Origin: a virus
Direction: 5' to 3' (one strand)
Virus record (IMG/VR): IMGVR_UViG_3300027852_000073
Length of the DNA stretch: 43,309 nucleotides
How positions within the stretch are numbered: position 1 is the first letter of the stretch; each line of letters opens with the position of its first letter. Made by a program: the position numbers and the translations under genes. The notes below the pieces were generated by a model, which was not told the origin of the DNA, did not search any database, and was given only the letters and a program-made list of their open reading frames with translations. Below, piece by piece: positions 25,993 through 35,067 of this stretch.

Positions 25993-26406
25993 ATGAGCTT
26001 ATTCACAAGCATAAAAGCACTGTTTGCAACGCCTAAAACAATTGATAAAGCTCTTGATGTAGGCGAGAAAATAACAAATGGTGTTATATCTGGGCTTGAT
26101 AAACTATGGCATACCGAAGAAGAAAAGTCAGATGCAAGACAAAAAGGAACTGAAACTTTGCTTGAGTTTTGGAAGGTTATCGCAAACGAAAATACAGAGC
26201 AAAGCAAAGCTCGCAGAGAACTTGCAAAAATGACATTTAAAGTTTATTTCTTTCTTCTTTTGGCAGGGGTAACTGTTTATAAATTTGACTCAGAATATTC
26301 AAAGTTTATATTTGAGGTTGCTGGAACTTTAACAACACTTGTTATGGGTATAGCTGCCATCTATTTTGGACCAAACCAAATATCAAAAGTATGGAAGAAA
26401 AAATAG
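25993..26406 (+). CDS. Holin candidate, GTA_holin_3TM (DUF3154)-like
   Basis: The N-terminal motif LDKLWHTEEEK resembles the LDKLF.SDEE motif of that family. C-terminal TM helices FKVYFFLLLAGVTVY and GTLTTLVMGIAAIYF. Confidence 0.55.
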   Translation: MSLFTSIKALFATPKTIDKALDVGEKITNGVISGLDKLWHTEEEKSDARQKGTETLLEFWKVIANENTEQSKARRELAKMTFKVYFFLLLAGVTVYKFDSEYSKFIFEVAGTLTTLVMGIAAIYFGPNQISKVWKKK

Positions 26407-26411
26407 TATTT

Positions 26412-27758
26412 TTATCTCCTTAAAGCATTTAATAATTTTGATTGTGAAGCATCTTTATCCTTTAAAACTTTAACAACTCTTTCATCGATAGTATCTTTCA
26501 TAATCAAGTGGTTTATAGTTACACTTGCACTCTTTTGCCCCTGCCTAATCAAACGACCATTTAACTGTTTATAGTGTTCTAAACTCCAAGTTAACCCAAA
26601 CCACAACATCATATGCCCCCCAGCTTGTAAATTGACACCGTGCCCTAAACTAGCCGGGTGGCATAATAGTAATGGGAGTTCACTGTTATTCCATGCTTTT
26701 ATAAAACTGTTAGAATCTGCATTACTTGTACCTCCAGCAATACATGGAATTGATTTGTCAATAAACTCACGAATCATCTTCAATTCAAACTTAAACTGTA
26801 TAGGGCACAGAATTGGCTGGCCAGCAGATGTTTCCAGAAGTTCCTTAAGAGCATTTATCTTGATCTGATGTAAAGGATAAAAACTACCGTCTTTTAAATC
26901 AGTATATACCGCCCCTTGAATAAACTGTCGTAGCTTCATAGAAAGTGCTGCAGCATTAAAAGCTGTAGCATCTGCACCAACAAATTCAAGAAAAAAATTC
27001 TTCTCAAGCTCTTTATACTTATCTCGTAAAGACACAGGTAATACCAAAGAAATATCATTATAAATAGTTTTTGGCATTTTCAGATAATCATTAGCATCTA
27101 ACCTATAAGTTATTGGCTTAATCAAATCACGTATTAATTCATATGATCCTTGGCGTAAAGTGGTTTTATACAATGGTGGTCCAGTATAATGAAAAAATGT
27201 ATTACGAAAATGGTAAAAAGTACTGAATAAACTTTTACCTTTGTCAAGCATATAATATTGTGTCCACAATTCGTAATATCCATTTGGTGAAGGAGTAGCA
27301 GATAAACAATATCTATATTTACTCCATAATGGCATCATCTTTTTGAGAAGCTTAAATCTTTTAGTTGTTGGTGATTTAATCATAGATGATTCATCGAGAA
27401 TAAGAATTCTCTTTTGCCACTTAACACCAGGTTCAAGGACTTGTTTAGAAAACCACTTTAGCCCATCAAAATTTATCAAAAGTATATCTGCCTTCGACCT
27501 TCTAAGGACATTTCTTTTATCCGAACCATGTATAATATCATAAGTTAATTTAGGTGTCCACATCTTAATTTCATTTGGCCAAGTATTATAAATGACTCTA
27601 AGTGGCGCAAATACAATTGCTTTCAGCTTTAACTGTTGTATTATTTTCAAAGCTACTGCAGTTTTGCCAAGCCCCAAATCCATAGCAAAGAAAACAGCTT
27701 TATGCTTTATTCCAAACTTTATTGCTTTCTTTTGGTACTGATGCAACTGAAATTTCAT
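26412..27758 (-). CDS. SNF2-family (SF2) helicase/ATPase
   Basis: Walker A DLGLGKT, motif II ILILDESS, and C-terminal helicase motifs (GHGVNLQ and GRLIRQGQ). GGAGG RBS. Confidence 0.88.
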   Translation of the reverse strand: MKFQLHQYQKKAIKFGIKHKAVFFAMDLGLGKTAVALKIIQQLKLKAIVFAPLRVIYNTWPNEIKMWTPKLTYDIIHGSDKRNVLRRSKADILLINFDGLKWFSKQVLEPGVKWQKRILILDESSMIKSPTTKRFKLLKKMMPLWSKYRYCLSATPSPNGYYELWTQYYMLDKGKSLFSTFYHFRNTFFHYTGPPLYKTTLRQGSYELIRDLIKPITYRLDANDYLKMPKTIYNDISLVLPVSLRDKYKELEKNFFLEFVGADATAFNAAALSMKLRQFIQGAVYTDLKDGSFYPLHQIKINALKELLETSAGQPILCPIQFKFELKMIREFIDKSIPCIAGGTSNADSNSFIKAWNNSELPLLLCHPASLGHGVNLQAGGHMMLWFGLTWSLEHYKQLNGRLIRQGQKSASVTINHLIMKDTIDERVVKVLKDKDASQSKLLNALRR

Positions 27759-27943
27759 TGATGTACCTCCAATACCAAGTTCGTTTATGGTCTTATAAAG
27801 TCCTTAAAGCATCTTTAAAATTCAAGTATAGGACTATATAGACCTCTTATATAAAGTCGTTTATGAACGTCTCAGTATATCAATTTGATTTGTGAGAGTC
27901 TTAAGTATCGTTCAAAAACAATATCTGAGACTTTTTAAAACTT

Positions 27944-28189
27944 TTATTTTGACTCAGCAAGTTCTTTGCCAAAGAAAGAAATAGGGCGATTTTCTAGATA
28001 CCCCATAACATCATCAATGTGGTAAAGGATACATTTACTTGTTGGCTTGATATGGTTAATGAACTTGTGTTTACCGGTTATATGGTTACTACGAAGATCG
28101 CGAACTCTTTTGGTATCGACGTTTAAGAACTCTGCTAACTCACCTTCAGTTATAAACTCTTCTTTAATTTTATCAATCGCTTTTGTCAT
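27944..28189 (-). CDS. Excisionase/MerR-type HTH (HTH_17-like) DNA-binding protein
   Basis: ITEGELAEFLNVDTKRVRDL ... ILYHIDDVMGYLE fits the HTH_17 pattern. Confidence 0.6.
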   Translation of the reverse strand: MTKAIDKIKEEFITEGELAEFLNVDTKRVRDLRSNHITGKHKFINHIKPTSKCILYHIDDVMGYLENRPISFFGKELAESK

Positions 28190-28356
28190 TATACCCCCTC
28201 CTCTTGTTCTATAATTTCAAGAGCCACTTCATAATCTTCTTTTGGTGGCATGCTAACACATTTCATACATGGTGGGTTGCCTAAATGACAAGAACAAGAA
28301 GCATATTCAAGATATTCATATGCATTTACTATATCTATTGCTTGAGCTAATGTCAT
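28189..28356 (-). CDS. Small Cys-rich protein, 55 aa (not in the ORF track)
   Basis: AAGGAGGA RBS. TAATG stop-start overlaps at both ends. Contains CSCH...C..C. Confidence 0.65.
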   Translation of the reverse strand: MTLAQAIDIVNAYEYLEYASCSCHLGNPPCMKCVSMPPKEDYEVALEIIEQEEGV

Positions 28357-28505
28357 TATTTATCCTCCTTATATTTTTCTGGACATTGTCCCATTTCATA
28401 TAATCTACAAATCTTTATCCCATTACCAATAAATGGAGTAAAACATTCCCTATTATAGCATTCAGTTTCTCGTACTTGATACTTTTTTCTTTCCTTTAAC
28501 TTCAT
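28356..28505 (-). CDS. Small Cys-rich protein, 49 aa (not in the ORF track)
   Basis: GGGAGGA RBS. ATGA overlap with the ligase stop and TAATG overlap with the next gene. Confidence 0.6.
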   Translation of the reverse strand: MKLKERKKYQVRETECYNRECFTPFIGNGIKICRLYEMGQCPEKYKEDK

Positions 28506-29701
28506 TTATCCTCCCTTATTTTTTGTTTACCCATACGAGCGTGCCTAAAATTCATATCGTCAGTAAACTCAGTAACAACTACATGAATAGTTTTACCTAT
28601 TATTGTTTCTGGTTTATTCCAGAAAGTAAGTCTTTCTTGATCCGAGAACCCTCCTCCTACTTTTTGGCCTGATCTATTAAATTTGGTGGGTATTGGTTCT
28701 TTACACATATATTTAACAATAACCCCGCCTAAACACTTTTCATATTTTTTTCCATCTTTGCCCTTATATACATCAATTACTTCGAGGTCTAGGTCTACAA
28801 CGTTTTTAACTTTTTGCCAATTATAAGTTCTTTTACTTTCATATGGGTAATCTATTGGTCTAAGTATTAACCCTTCATGCCCAGCTTTTCTGACTGATTT
28901 AAAAAGATCAAATACTTCATCATGACTATGAACTAATTTATGATGAATTTCTAAAAGATGTTCCCCTAAATAAGATATTTCTTTCATAAGTTCAAGTCTT
29001 GTTTCAAAGTCTTCTTTTACAGTTGGTAATTCAATTATATGAGCTACAGCATCTGGAGTTTTATTGTGATCCCTGATTTTACCAGAACCCCATTGAAATT
29101 TACCCCCTTTAACAGCTAACTCAACATCAATTTTTACTTCTATACCGCCACTAGTTATCTCATCTACTATATGGTTCAGCCCAAAGTATTCATGACCATT
29201 GCGTGAGTAAAACTTTTTAGTAATAGGGTTATATATTCCTCTGACACAATCTATTTTTAGACCAGCATAACACGGAAACCTAATTCTATCAGGGTCATAA
29301 GTTTCTGCAAGCATTACATCATGAGTTGGTATTAATCCAGGAAATACCTTATTAATAGTTTTTACACCCATACCCATTCGTAAATCTTTATTAAGAATCA
29401 TAAGAAATAGTTTATTAGACTTATATGATAATTCACTTGTATGTATATTAATGGCAATTTGAGCTTCATCGCCTGTTACTTTACGAGTAGATAATGCATC
29501 CAAAAGAAACCAAGTATCTTTGTCAAATTCTTTAAAACCTGCACTATTCCAACCTTTAGTTGCATAATACATAGTAAAAGGGTCATAAGTAGCTAGTAGG
29601 TATGGTTTAACATCTTGCCCTTTTAAAAGGTGCTGTTTACTATTTCCACTTGTATTAGCAATTCTAGTAAATAAGTCAAAAGCTTTATCACTTGACAGCA
29701 T
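28502..29701 (-). CDS. ATP-dependent DNA ligase
   Basis: Motif I GLKIDCVR (KxDxxR), motif IV HEGLILRP, motif V NWQKVK. Confidence 0.85.
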   Translation of the reverse strand: MLSSDKAFDLFTRIANTSGNSKQHLLKGQDVKPYLLATYDPFTMYYATKGWNSAGFKEFDKDTWFLLDALSTRKVTGDEAQIAINIHTSELSYKSNKLFLMILNKDLRMGMGVKTINKVFPGLIPTHDVMLAETYDPDRIRFPCYAGLKIDCVRGIYNPITKKFYSRNGHEYFGLNHIVDEITSGGIEVKIDVELAVKGGKFQWGSGKIRDHNKTPDAVAHIIELPTVKEDFETRLELMKEISYLGEHLLEIHHKLVHSHDEVFDLFKSVRKAGHEGLILRPIDYPYESKRTYNWQKVKNVVDLDLEVIDVYKGKDGKKYEKCLGGVIVKYMCKEPIPTKFNRSGQKVGGGFSDQERLTFWNKPETIIGKTIHVVVTEFTDDMNFRHARMGKQKIREDK

Positions 29702-29984
29702 TTAATTCCTCCCTCCATATATTAATTAAAATGTCAACTTTTTCTTTGGTATCAACAACAAATACTTCATGACCAAGACTTCGTAAGTACTTGATTACTT
29801 TAGCCTGTAAGGGTGTTGGTTCTTTCCATGGAGCTTTGCATTCGACATACTTTGTCAAGCCTCGCGGGAGACAACAAATTCTATCAGGAATAGACCGATT
29901 TGATGGAGATGAAAACTTATAAGCTTTACCCCCGAGCTTAGCCACTTGTTTAACCAGATATCCCTCTACATCTCTTTCTAACAT
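29688..29984 (-). CDS. VRR-NUC domain nuclease
   Basis: E..V..YL ... IPDRICCLP ... YVECK is the PD-(D/E)xK signature of VRR-NUC. 98 aa. Confidence 0.85.
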   Translation of the reverse strand: MLERDVEGYLVKQVAKLGGKAYKFSSPSNRSIPDRICCLPRGLTKYVECKAPWKEPTPLQAKVIKYLRSLGHEVFVVDTKEKVDILINIWREELNAVK

Positions 29985-30295
29985 GTTCCTGATTCCTTTG
30001 CTATTATAATACCTGAAGTAACTTGTAGGTAAAGTTTTTCAAGTTTAGACATCCTTTTAACAGCCATAACTTCAACAATACAGTTCGATTGAATAACAAT
30101 TGGTAAGTCAAAGAAAGTATCTAATGATAAATCAAATAGTTGTGTACCTTGTTGCCCATTTTGTGACATTATACCTTTAATAACACAACCTTTTTTAAGT
30201 TTATAAACTTTTGACTTATGGAATTCATCTATGTTATCTTCACGAGTTATATAAATATTTCCATTAGACAACCTAATCTGAAATAATTTACTCAT
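29978..30295 (-). CDS. Hypothetical protein (105 aa)
   Basis: AGGAGG RBS, in the operon. Confidence 0.75.
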   Translation of the reverse strand: MSKLFQIRLSNGNIYITREDNIDEFHKSKVYKLKKGCVIKGIMSQNGQQGTQLFDLSLDTFFDLPIVIQSNCIVEVMAVKRMSKLEKLYLQVTSGIIIAKESGTC

Positions 30296-30311
30296 TTACT
30301 ACCTCCTTTAC

Positions 30312-30563
30312 TTATAGATTGTGAGTTCCTTTCCATGCATCCATTTTCTCTTTAGATCCACGACACAACATTGGAGCTTCTAAATACATAAATTTGGCAA
30401 TACTAAACATGCAAGCAGTATTAGTTTCATCAGCTAACATAAAACTATCTACAAGTTTGTCACAAATAACCGCTGTTAAAAAACTACCCGGATGCACACC
30501 TTCCTCAATATATTTTCTCATGCCTCCTCTAATGTGTTCTGGTAATAAATCATAATTAATCAT
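30312..30563 (-). CDS. Hypothetical protein (83 aa)
   Basis: ATG at 30563 with an AGGAGG RBS. The longer track ORF would overlap the polymerase 3' end. Confidence 0.7.
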   Translation of the reverse strand: MINYDLLPEHIRGGMRKYIEEGVHPGSFLTAVICDKLVDSFMLADETNTACMFSIAKFMYLEAPMLCRGSKEKMDAWKGTHNL

Positions 30564-30573
30564 TGCTACCTCC

Positions 30574-32577
30574 TTATCCTTTGCGGTATCTTTTTTCAAT
30601 GAATCCCTCTGCACCAAGAGGAAGACCTGTTGCCCATTGGGGCACATCACACATTATCCTGAAAATATCTTTTAGTGTTTTTTCTTTATTGCAATCCTTA
30701 GAAACTTCAAAAATAATCTCATCATAGACTGAACCTATAATTTTGTATCCCTGTTTTTCTAAAGCTTCTTCACCATAAAATAATAAATCTCTTGACATTG
30801 CTTGAACTATATTCTCAACGAGTCTTCCAGGAATTATACTTAGCCTCATCCACTTTTTTGTATATGGATTTATTCCAAATGCGGAAGGTTCAGGTCCAAA
30901 CTTACCTTCTCTAATAAGTGGTTTGTTATAATACATATTTCTTCCTGATGGTAAAGTTAACTGTAGCCACCTAGTTTTATTTCTATCAAGAACCACTTTG
31001 TATGAGGCACATGATGCTTCAAATTTAGTTCCTGGGTGTGTTATAGCATTTATTGCAGCATTTTTACACCTATACCACAACTTAACTACTTTATGATACT
31101 TAGTTCTGTATGCTTCAACTGCCTTACGTGCCTGTTCATCAGTAACTAGTAAGTCATTAGCTTCTGCATAGCCTATAAATCCTTTCCATCCAAGGCCATA
31201 CCCGCAGCCAAGAACTAATTGTTTACCAAAGTACCTTTGTTGACTATCTATATCATCATATGGAACCCCATACAAGTCAACCGCCATATCAATATATTGA
31301 TCAAGATCTTCACGAAATAATTGTAAAGTCTTTTCGTCTTGGGCAAGCCATGCAAGACCACGATTTTCTATTCCTGTATAATCAACTGCACATATCAGTT
31401 TTCCTTTGGGAGCTTTAATCATGGCTCTAACCAAAGATTTTGCAACATTTACAGGATTCTTTTCAATAATACTTAAATCAAAAAACCCTTGTATAAGTTC
31501 AACAGCTTCAGTTTCAGATTTGGCACCAACCTTTGACCTAGGTAAATTATATAACTGAAAACTCATACCTGCATCTCTGCCAGTATTAGCTCCATAATAA
31601 CGGATATTGTCAAATATCCTACCTTTATGCTCAAGTTCTATAATTTTTAAATATTTGGCAGTTGAAGACCTACCAAGTTCTTGCCTAAGTTCTAATACAG
31701 TTTTAGCTCTATTTAAAAAATCAAGTCTCCTTAAACTTTTTTTCTGAGCTGTATGAGAAGGGTCATCAGCTTTAAGTTTCAAAAAAGGAATTTCTACTTC
31801 CATGTTTTTCATTATTTTAGGTATAGTTTCAGCTTGTAAATTTGGAACTGTTATACCATAAGATCTAAGCCATTTAACTATACGTTGGTTTTGAGTAGCT
31901 TTAGTTATCAAACCATCTGTTAAATCAGGTAGCAATCGATTTTGTTCTTCTTTATAAACTTCAGTTACTCTATAAATTTGTTTTGCAGATTCAATATCAA
32001 TAGGCAACCCACGATTATTTTTTAAAACTGTTCGTTCCCAATGCCTTTGTTCTTCATCTGATAATTTAGAAGCAGGTAAAGCATTAAGCATCTCATACAT
32101 TGTATCAACATCACGTTTACAATATTCGTGTAACTCTATTAAATCTAAATGAGTATAAACAAATGGTGGACAACATATTAATTGGATTAATGCTTTACCT
32201 CTTGGATTTTTTTGAATTTTAAGTTTGAGGTCTTCACCTGCATTAGCAAGAGACTGATGATATGTAAATCTTCCACAAATAGCCATAACATCAATCCACT
32301 GACTAATAGAGGATTGTGGAAATTTATACTTAACACCAAGCGTATTCCATACAGCTAAGTCAAACTGCGCATTAAAAGCATAAAATTTATGGGAGTTAAT
32401 AGATTTCATAAACTTAGGAAGTGGGTTACCAGGAATCCAAAGTTGAGTTGGTTCATCATCAATTTTATACCCCATACAGATTATATCTGCTTCTTTGCCA
32501 TTCAAATAATTCATTCGTCCATGCTTAACTAAAGCAACTTCACTTTTAGTTTCAAAGTCAATTCCTATTAGTGACAT
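30574..32577 (-). CDS. Family A DNA polymerase with a 3'-5' exonuclease domain and no 5' nuclease domain
   Basis: ExoI IGIDFETKS, motif A AVDYTGIENR, motif B RYFGKQLVLGCGYG, motif C SVYDEIIFE. Confidence 0.93.
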   Translation of the reverse strand: MSLIGIDFETKSEVALVKHGRMNYLNGKEADIICMGYKIDDEPTQLWIPGNPLPKFMKSINSHKFYAFNAQFDLAVWNTLGVKYKFPQSSISQWIDVMAICGRFTYHQSLANAGEDLKLKIQKNPRGKALIQLICCPPFVYTHLDLIELHEYCKRDVDTMYEMLNALPASKLSDEEQRHWERTVLKNNRGLPIDIESAKQIYRVTEVYKEEQNRLLPDLTDGLITKATQNQRIVKWLRSYGITVPNLQAETIPKIMKNMEVEIPFLKLKADDPSHTAQKKSLRRLDFLNRAKTVLELRQELGRSSTAKYLKIIELEHKGRIFDNIRYYGANTGRDAGMSFQLYNLPRSKVGAKSETEAVELIQGFFDLSIIEKNPVNVAKSLVRAMIKAPKGKLICAVDYTGIENRGLAWLAQDEKTLQLFREDLDQYIDMAVDLYGVPYDDIDSQQRYFGKQLVLGCGYGLGWKGFIGYAEANDLLVTDEQARKAVEAYRTKYHKVVKLWYRCKNAAINAITHPGTKFEASCASYKVVLDRNKTRWLQLTLPSGRNMYYNKPLIREGKFGPEPSAFGINPYTKKWMRLSIIPGRLVENIVQAMSRDLLFYGEEALEKQGYKIIGSVYDEIIFEVSKDCNKEKTLKDIFRIMCDVPQWATGLPLGAEGFIEKRYRKG

Positions 32578-32767
32578 TAATCTTCCCTTTTTTATTTAAT
32601 AATTTTTTTAGTTCATCATGTTTTTGTTTATTACAATTTTTACATCTTCTAGGATAACCAGGAGGATTTTTGAAAATATTTAATTTTTTATTAAAAACCT
32701 CAGGCATCCAAACACCACATTCTTGACAACAAATTCCGTTTAAAACATCTTCACTCACTTGCCCCAT
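32558..32767 (-). CDS. Zinc-ribbon protein (69 aa)
   Basis: CCQEC ... CKNC. AGGAGG RBS. Confidence 0.75.
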   Translation of the reverse strand: MGQVSEDVLNGICCQECGVWMPEVFNKKLNIFKNPPGYPRRCKNCNKQKHDELKKLLNKKGKINVTNRN

Positions 32768-32784
32768 TATATTTCCTCCTATAA

Positions 32785-32830
32785 GATAACAACCATACCC
32801 CCCGGATGTAGCCCCATACCCCTTGTTATC
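32785..32830 (-). promoter_or_regulatory. Symmetric C-rich (G-rich on the sense strand) element: an 8-bp inverted repeat enclosing two 9-nt direct repeats
   Basis: GATAACAA (32785..32792), CCATACCCC (32793..32801), 12 nt, CCATACCCC (32814..32822), TTGTTATC (32823..32830). It lies between the SSB stop and the next SD. Confidence 0.6.
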
Positions 32831-32839
32831 ATTTAAGGT

Positions 32840-33403
32840 TTATTCTAACTCATCTGAAGTTTCTTCAGTTGATTCTGCAGTAAAATCTGCAAAAGCATCT
32901 TCAGCTTTTTGACGACCATCTAGACGTTCACCTTCTTTAACCATCAGAAGGTTATTAAGTCCAACACCTACACCTCTATTACCTGCTTGGTTGTAAGGAA
33001 AGAAATTGATATCTGCTCGTCCATAGCAACCACTAAAAAAATCTTCTGGATCAAAAATAGGGGCAGGTGGTCCATCTACTTGAACTTTAACTACACCTGG
33101 TTTATTTACAGATGAAGAGTTTAAAAAGAAACACCCTTGATACTCTGCTCCTCTATTTCCGCTATCAAATTCCTCATCACCATCACGAAGAGGAAGACGA
33201 AGTCCTTTAATTTGAGCTTTTGTAAATTTATTAGTATCTAAGCCCTTCTGAACAGCCAAGTTAATCACTGCTTGTATGGCTTTAATTCCAGCTTTATCCT
33301 CCTTTGGAATAAGAATGGAAGCTGAATACTTAAGATCTCCTGAAGGGTTTGCCTTTGGTTCAAAACAATTTAAATAACTGAATCTTACTAAAGTTGTTAT
33401 CAT
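32840..33403 (-). CDS. DUF2815-family phage ssDNA-binding protein
   Basis: VRFSYLNCFEPKA, YSASILIPKEDK, LPLRDGDEE, SGCYGRADINFFPYN and GVGVGLNN match DUF2815 as I recall it. ATG at 33403 with an AAGGAGA RBS. Confidence 0.88.
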   Translation of the reverse strand: MITTLVRFSYLNCFEPKANPSGDLKYSASILIPKEDKAGIKAIQAVINLAVQKGLDTNKFTKAQIKGLRLPLRDGDEEFDSGNRGAEYQGCFFLNSSSVNKPGVVKVQVDGPPAPIFDPEDFFSGCYGRADINFFPYNQAGNRGVGVGLNNLLMVKEGERLDGRQKAEDAFADFTAESTEETSDELE

Positions 33404-33428
33404 GTCTTTTTGTCTCCTTAACTTTTTG

Positions 33429-33632
33429 TCATTCATTTCTAAGTATGTTGGCAATTTTATCTTTAATATATTGCCTAAGGCCATTTACAGATTTATCAAC
33501 TTCTTCCAATAGATTGGCACTATCTTCAACCTCTTTTTCTATTGCCACATCTAACCGGATACTTTCGTATGGAGCAGGCTGACAAGTCCGGCCATAAGAA
33601 ATTTTTACTCTTCTATTAGCCACTAATACCAC
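33429..33632 (-). CDS. Hypothetical protein (67 aa), GTG start
   Basis: GAGGAGGA RBS 5 nt upstream of the GTG. Confidence 0.65.
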   Translation of the reverse strand: MVLVANRRVKISYGRTCQPAPYESIRLDVAIEKEVEDSANLLEEVDKSVNGLRQYIKDKIANILRNE

Positions 33633-33994
33633 CCCCTATCCTCCTCTTTATTATTATATCCTTCTGTTATTCTTAAATAATTGTTTTTTTCTACAGCAAT
33701 AAACATTTCATTAATTTCTCCTGGAGAAATATTTAAAATTTCACAGATTCCTCCTAGAAAGAATATACAATCTATCACTTCTCTGATCACATTACAAATG
33801 TTATATTCTTGATCTTCTATTGCTCTCCAAGGTTTCCAAGGAGTACTGTTTACTATTTCTGCTACTTCTTGATTTAATGCTAATGCAAAATCTCGAAAAC
33901 TTCTCATCTTTTCTTCAGAAGTATATCCATCAAAATTATACCCCAACTTTTTGTGATAAGTTTTAATTCTTTCAAACATCTCAATTACATCCAT
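33623..33994 (-). CDS. mazG: MazG-like / dimeric dUTPase-like nucleotide pyrophosphohydrolase
   Basis: All-alpha NTP-PPase pattern: ALALNQEVAEIVN ... WK.W ... EVIDCIFFL. Confidence 0.7.
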   Translation of the reverse strand: MDVIEMFERIKTYHKKLGYNFDGYTSEEKMRSFRDFALALNQEVAEIVNSTPWKPWRAIEDQEYNICNVIREVIDCIFFLGGICEILNISPGEINEMFIAVEKNNYLRITEGYNNKEEDRGWY

Positions 33995-34412
33995 ACTTAA
34001 TCCAAGCCTTTCCCCATAGCTCTTTTGCTTCTAGGTGTTTATGTTCAGTTAAAAATATAATTCTTTTACAAGGTGTATTCATTATCATTTTGATACAAGC
34101 CACACAGGGACTTAAAGTTGTATATATGGTGTGTATCTGTTCTGGAACTCTACATTGTATAAGTGCATTTTGTTCTGCATGAGCTGAAGAACATTTGGCT
34201 GGATTATTGGTTTCCAGTTTTATACAATGTCCAAGTTCAATACAGTGTTCATACCCTCGTGGAGCTCCATTATAGCCAGTTGCAATAATTTCATTTCTAC
34301 TATTTATAATAACACAACCTACTTGCTTATCTAAACAAGTACTTCTTTCTGCAAGAGCTTGAGCTATTTTCAAGTAGCATTCATTTTTTGAGATTCTTGC
34401 TTTGATTATCAC
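33981..34412 (-). CDS. dCMP (deoxycytidylate) deaminase
   Basis: Zinc motifs HAEQNAL and PCVACIKMI, plus AERSTC...VGCVI. GTG start with an AGGGAG RBS. Confidence 0.88.
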   Translation of the reverse strand: MIIKARISKNECYLKIAQALAERSTCLDKQVGCVIINSRNEIIATGYNGAPRGYEHCIELGHCIKLETNNPAKCSSAHAEQNALIQCRVPEQIHTIYTTLSPCVACIKMIMNTPCKRIIFLTEHKHLEAKELWGKAWIKYGCN

Positions 34413-35067
34413 AAGCCATTCTCCCTTGCTTACAATTGCCAGTCATAAAACAATCAGGACCAACTAAATTAAATAAATTAGGCCACCAACCTTTAGCTAT
34501 AGTAGACATAGCTTTTGCAAACAAAAGCATCTCAGTAACATTGCGTTCACACATGCGAAGGTTGAGAAAGTTTATTAAAGACCTAGCATTTACTGTCCAC
34601 ATAATATTAACCGCTTTAGCATTGGGAAGAATTTGTCTAGCTTCCTCTTTTGGTATGCCTCTATTAATGAGGCTTTTATAATACATATCCAAATCATCAA
34701 GTATTCTTTTAGCATCTAAGTTATCAACCATATTAGGATGAAGTATATTTGGGTATTCATCATATTCTTGATAATGCTGACTTGCTGAAGTAAATGACCC
34801 CATACGATGACGGGTTATCTGTGCCAAAAAAGACCTCGATACATTTGATATAATAACTGTTATATAACAATGCTCAAAGATTGAGGTATGATTTGCTTTA
34901 AGCAAATATTTAACCAGTCGTTCTTTTTTTTCTGGGCTATTATAAACGGCATAATTTTTCTTTTGAGTCAGATTGCTTGCTGCTACACATGTCCAATCTG
35001 GAGTTGGAGTTTTATAAACAATATTAATTTTGCAGTCCTCATAAGACTTAAATCTCTTCTTTGTCAT
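34381..35067 (-). CDS. thyX: Flavin-dependent thymidylate synthase (ThyX family)
   Basis: HTSIFEH, SRSFLAQITRHRMGSFTSAS (the RHR-x7-S ThyX motif), ARQILPN and NARSLINFLNLR. Confidence 0.88.
   Translation of the reverse strand: MTKKRFKSYEDCKINIVYKTPTPDWTCVAASNLTQKKNYAVYNSPEKKERLVKYLLKANHTSIFEHCYITVIISNVSRSFLAQITRHRMGSFTSASQHYQEYDEYPNILHPNMVDNLDAKRILDDLDMYYKSLINRGIPKEEARQILPNAKAVNIMWTVNARSLINFLNLRMCERNVTEMLLFAKAMSTIAKGWWPNLFNLVGPDCFMTGNCKQGRMACDNQSKNLKK

Noticed and set aside
27759-27943. Promoter or terminator in the 185-bp gap upstream of the SNF2 helicase gene
   Set aside because: I found only weak -35/-10 combinations with wrong spacing and a loose long-range inverted repeat (GTCTCAG...CTGAGAC). 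Nothing is comparable to the TTTACT-N17-TATAAT family.
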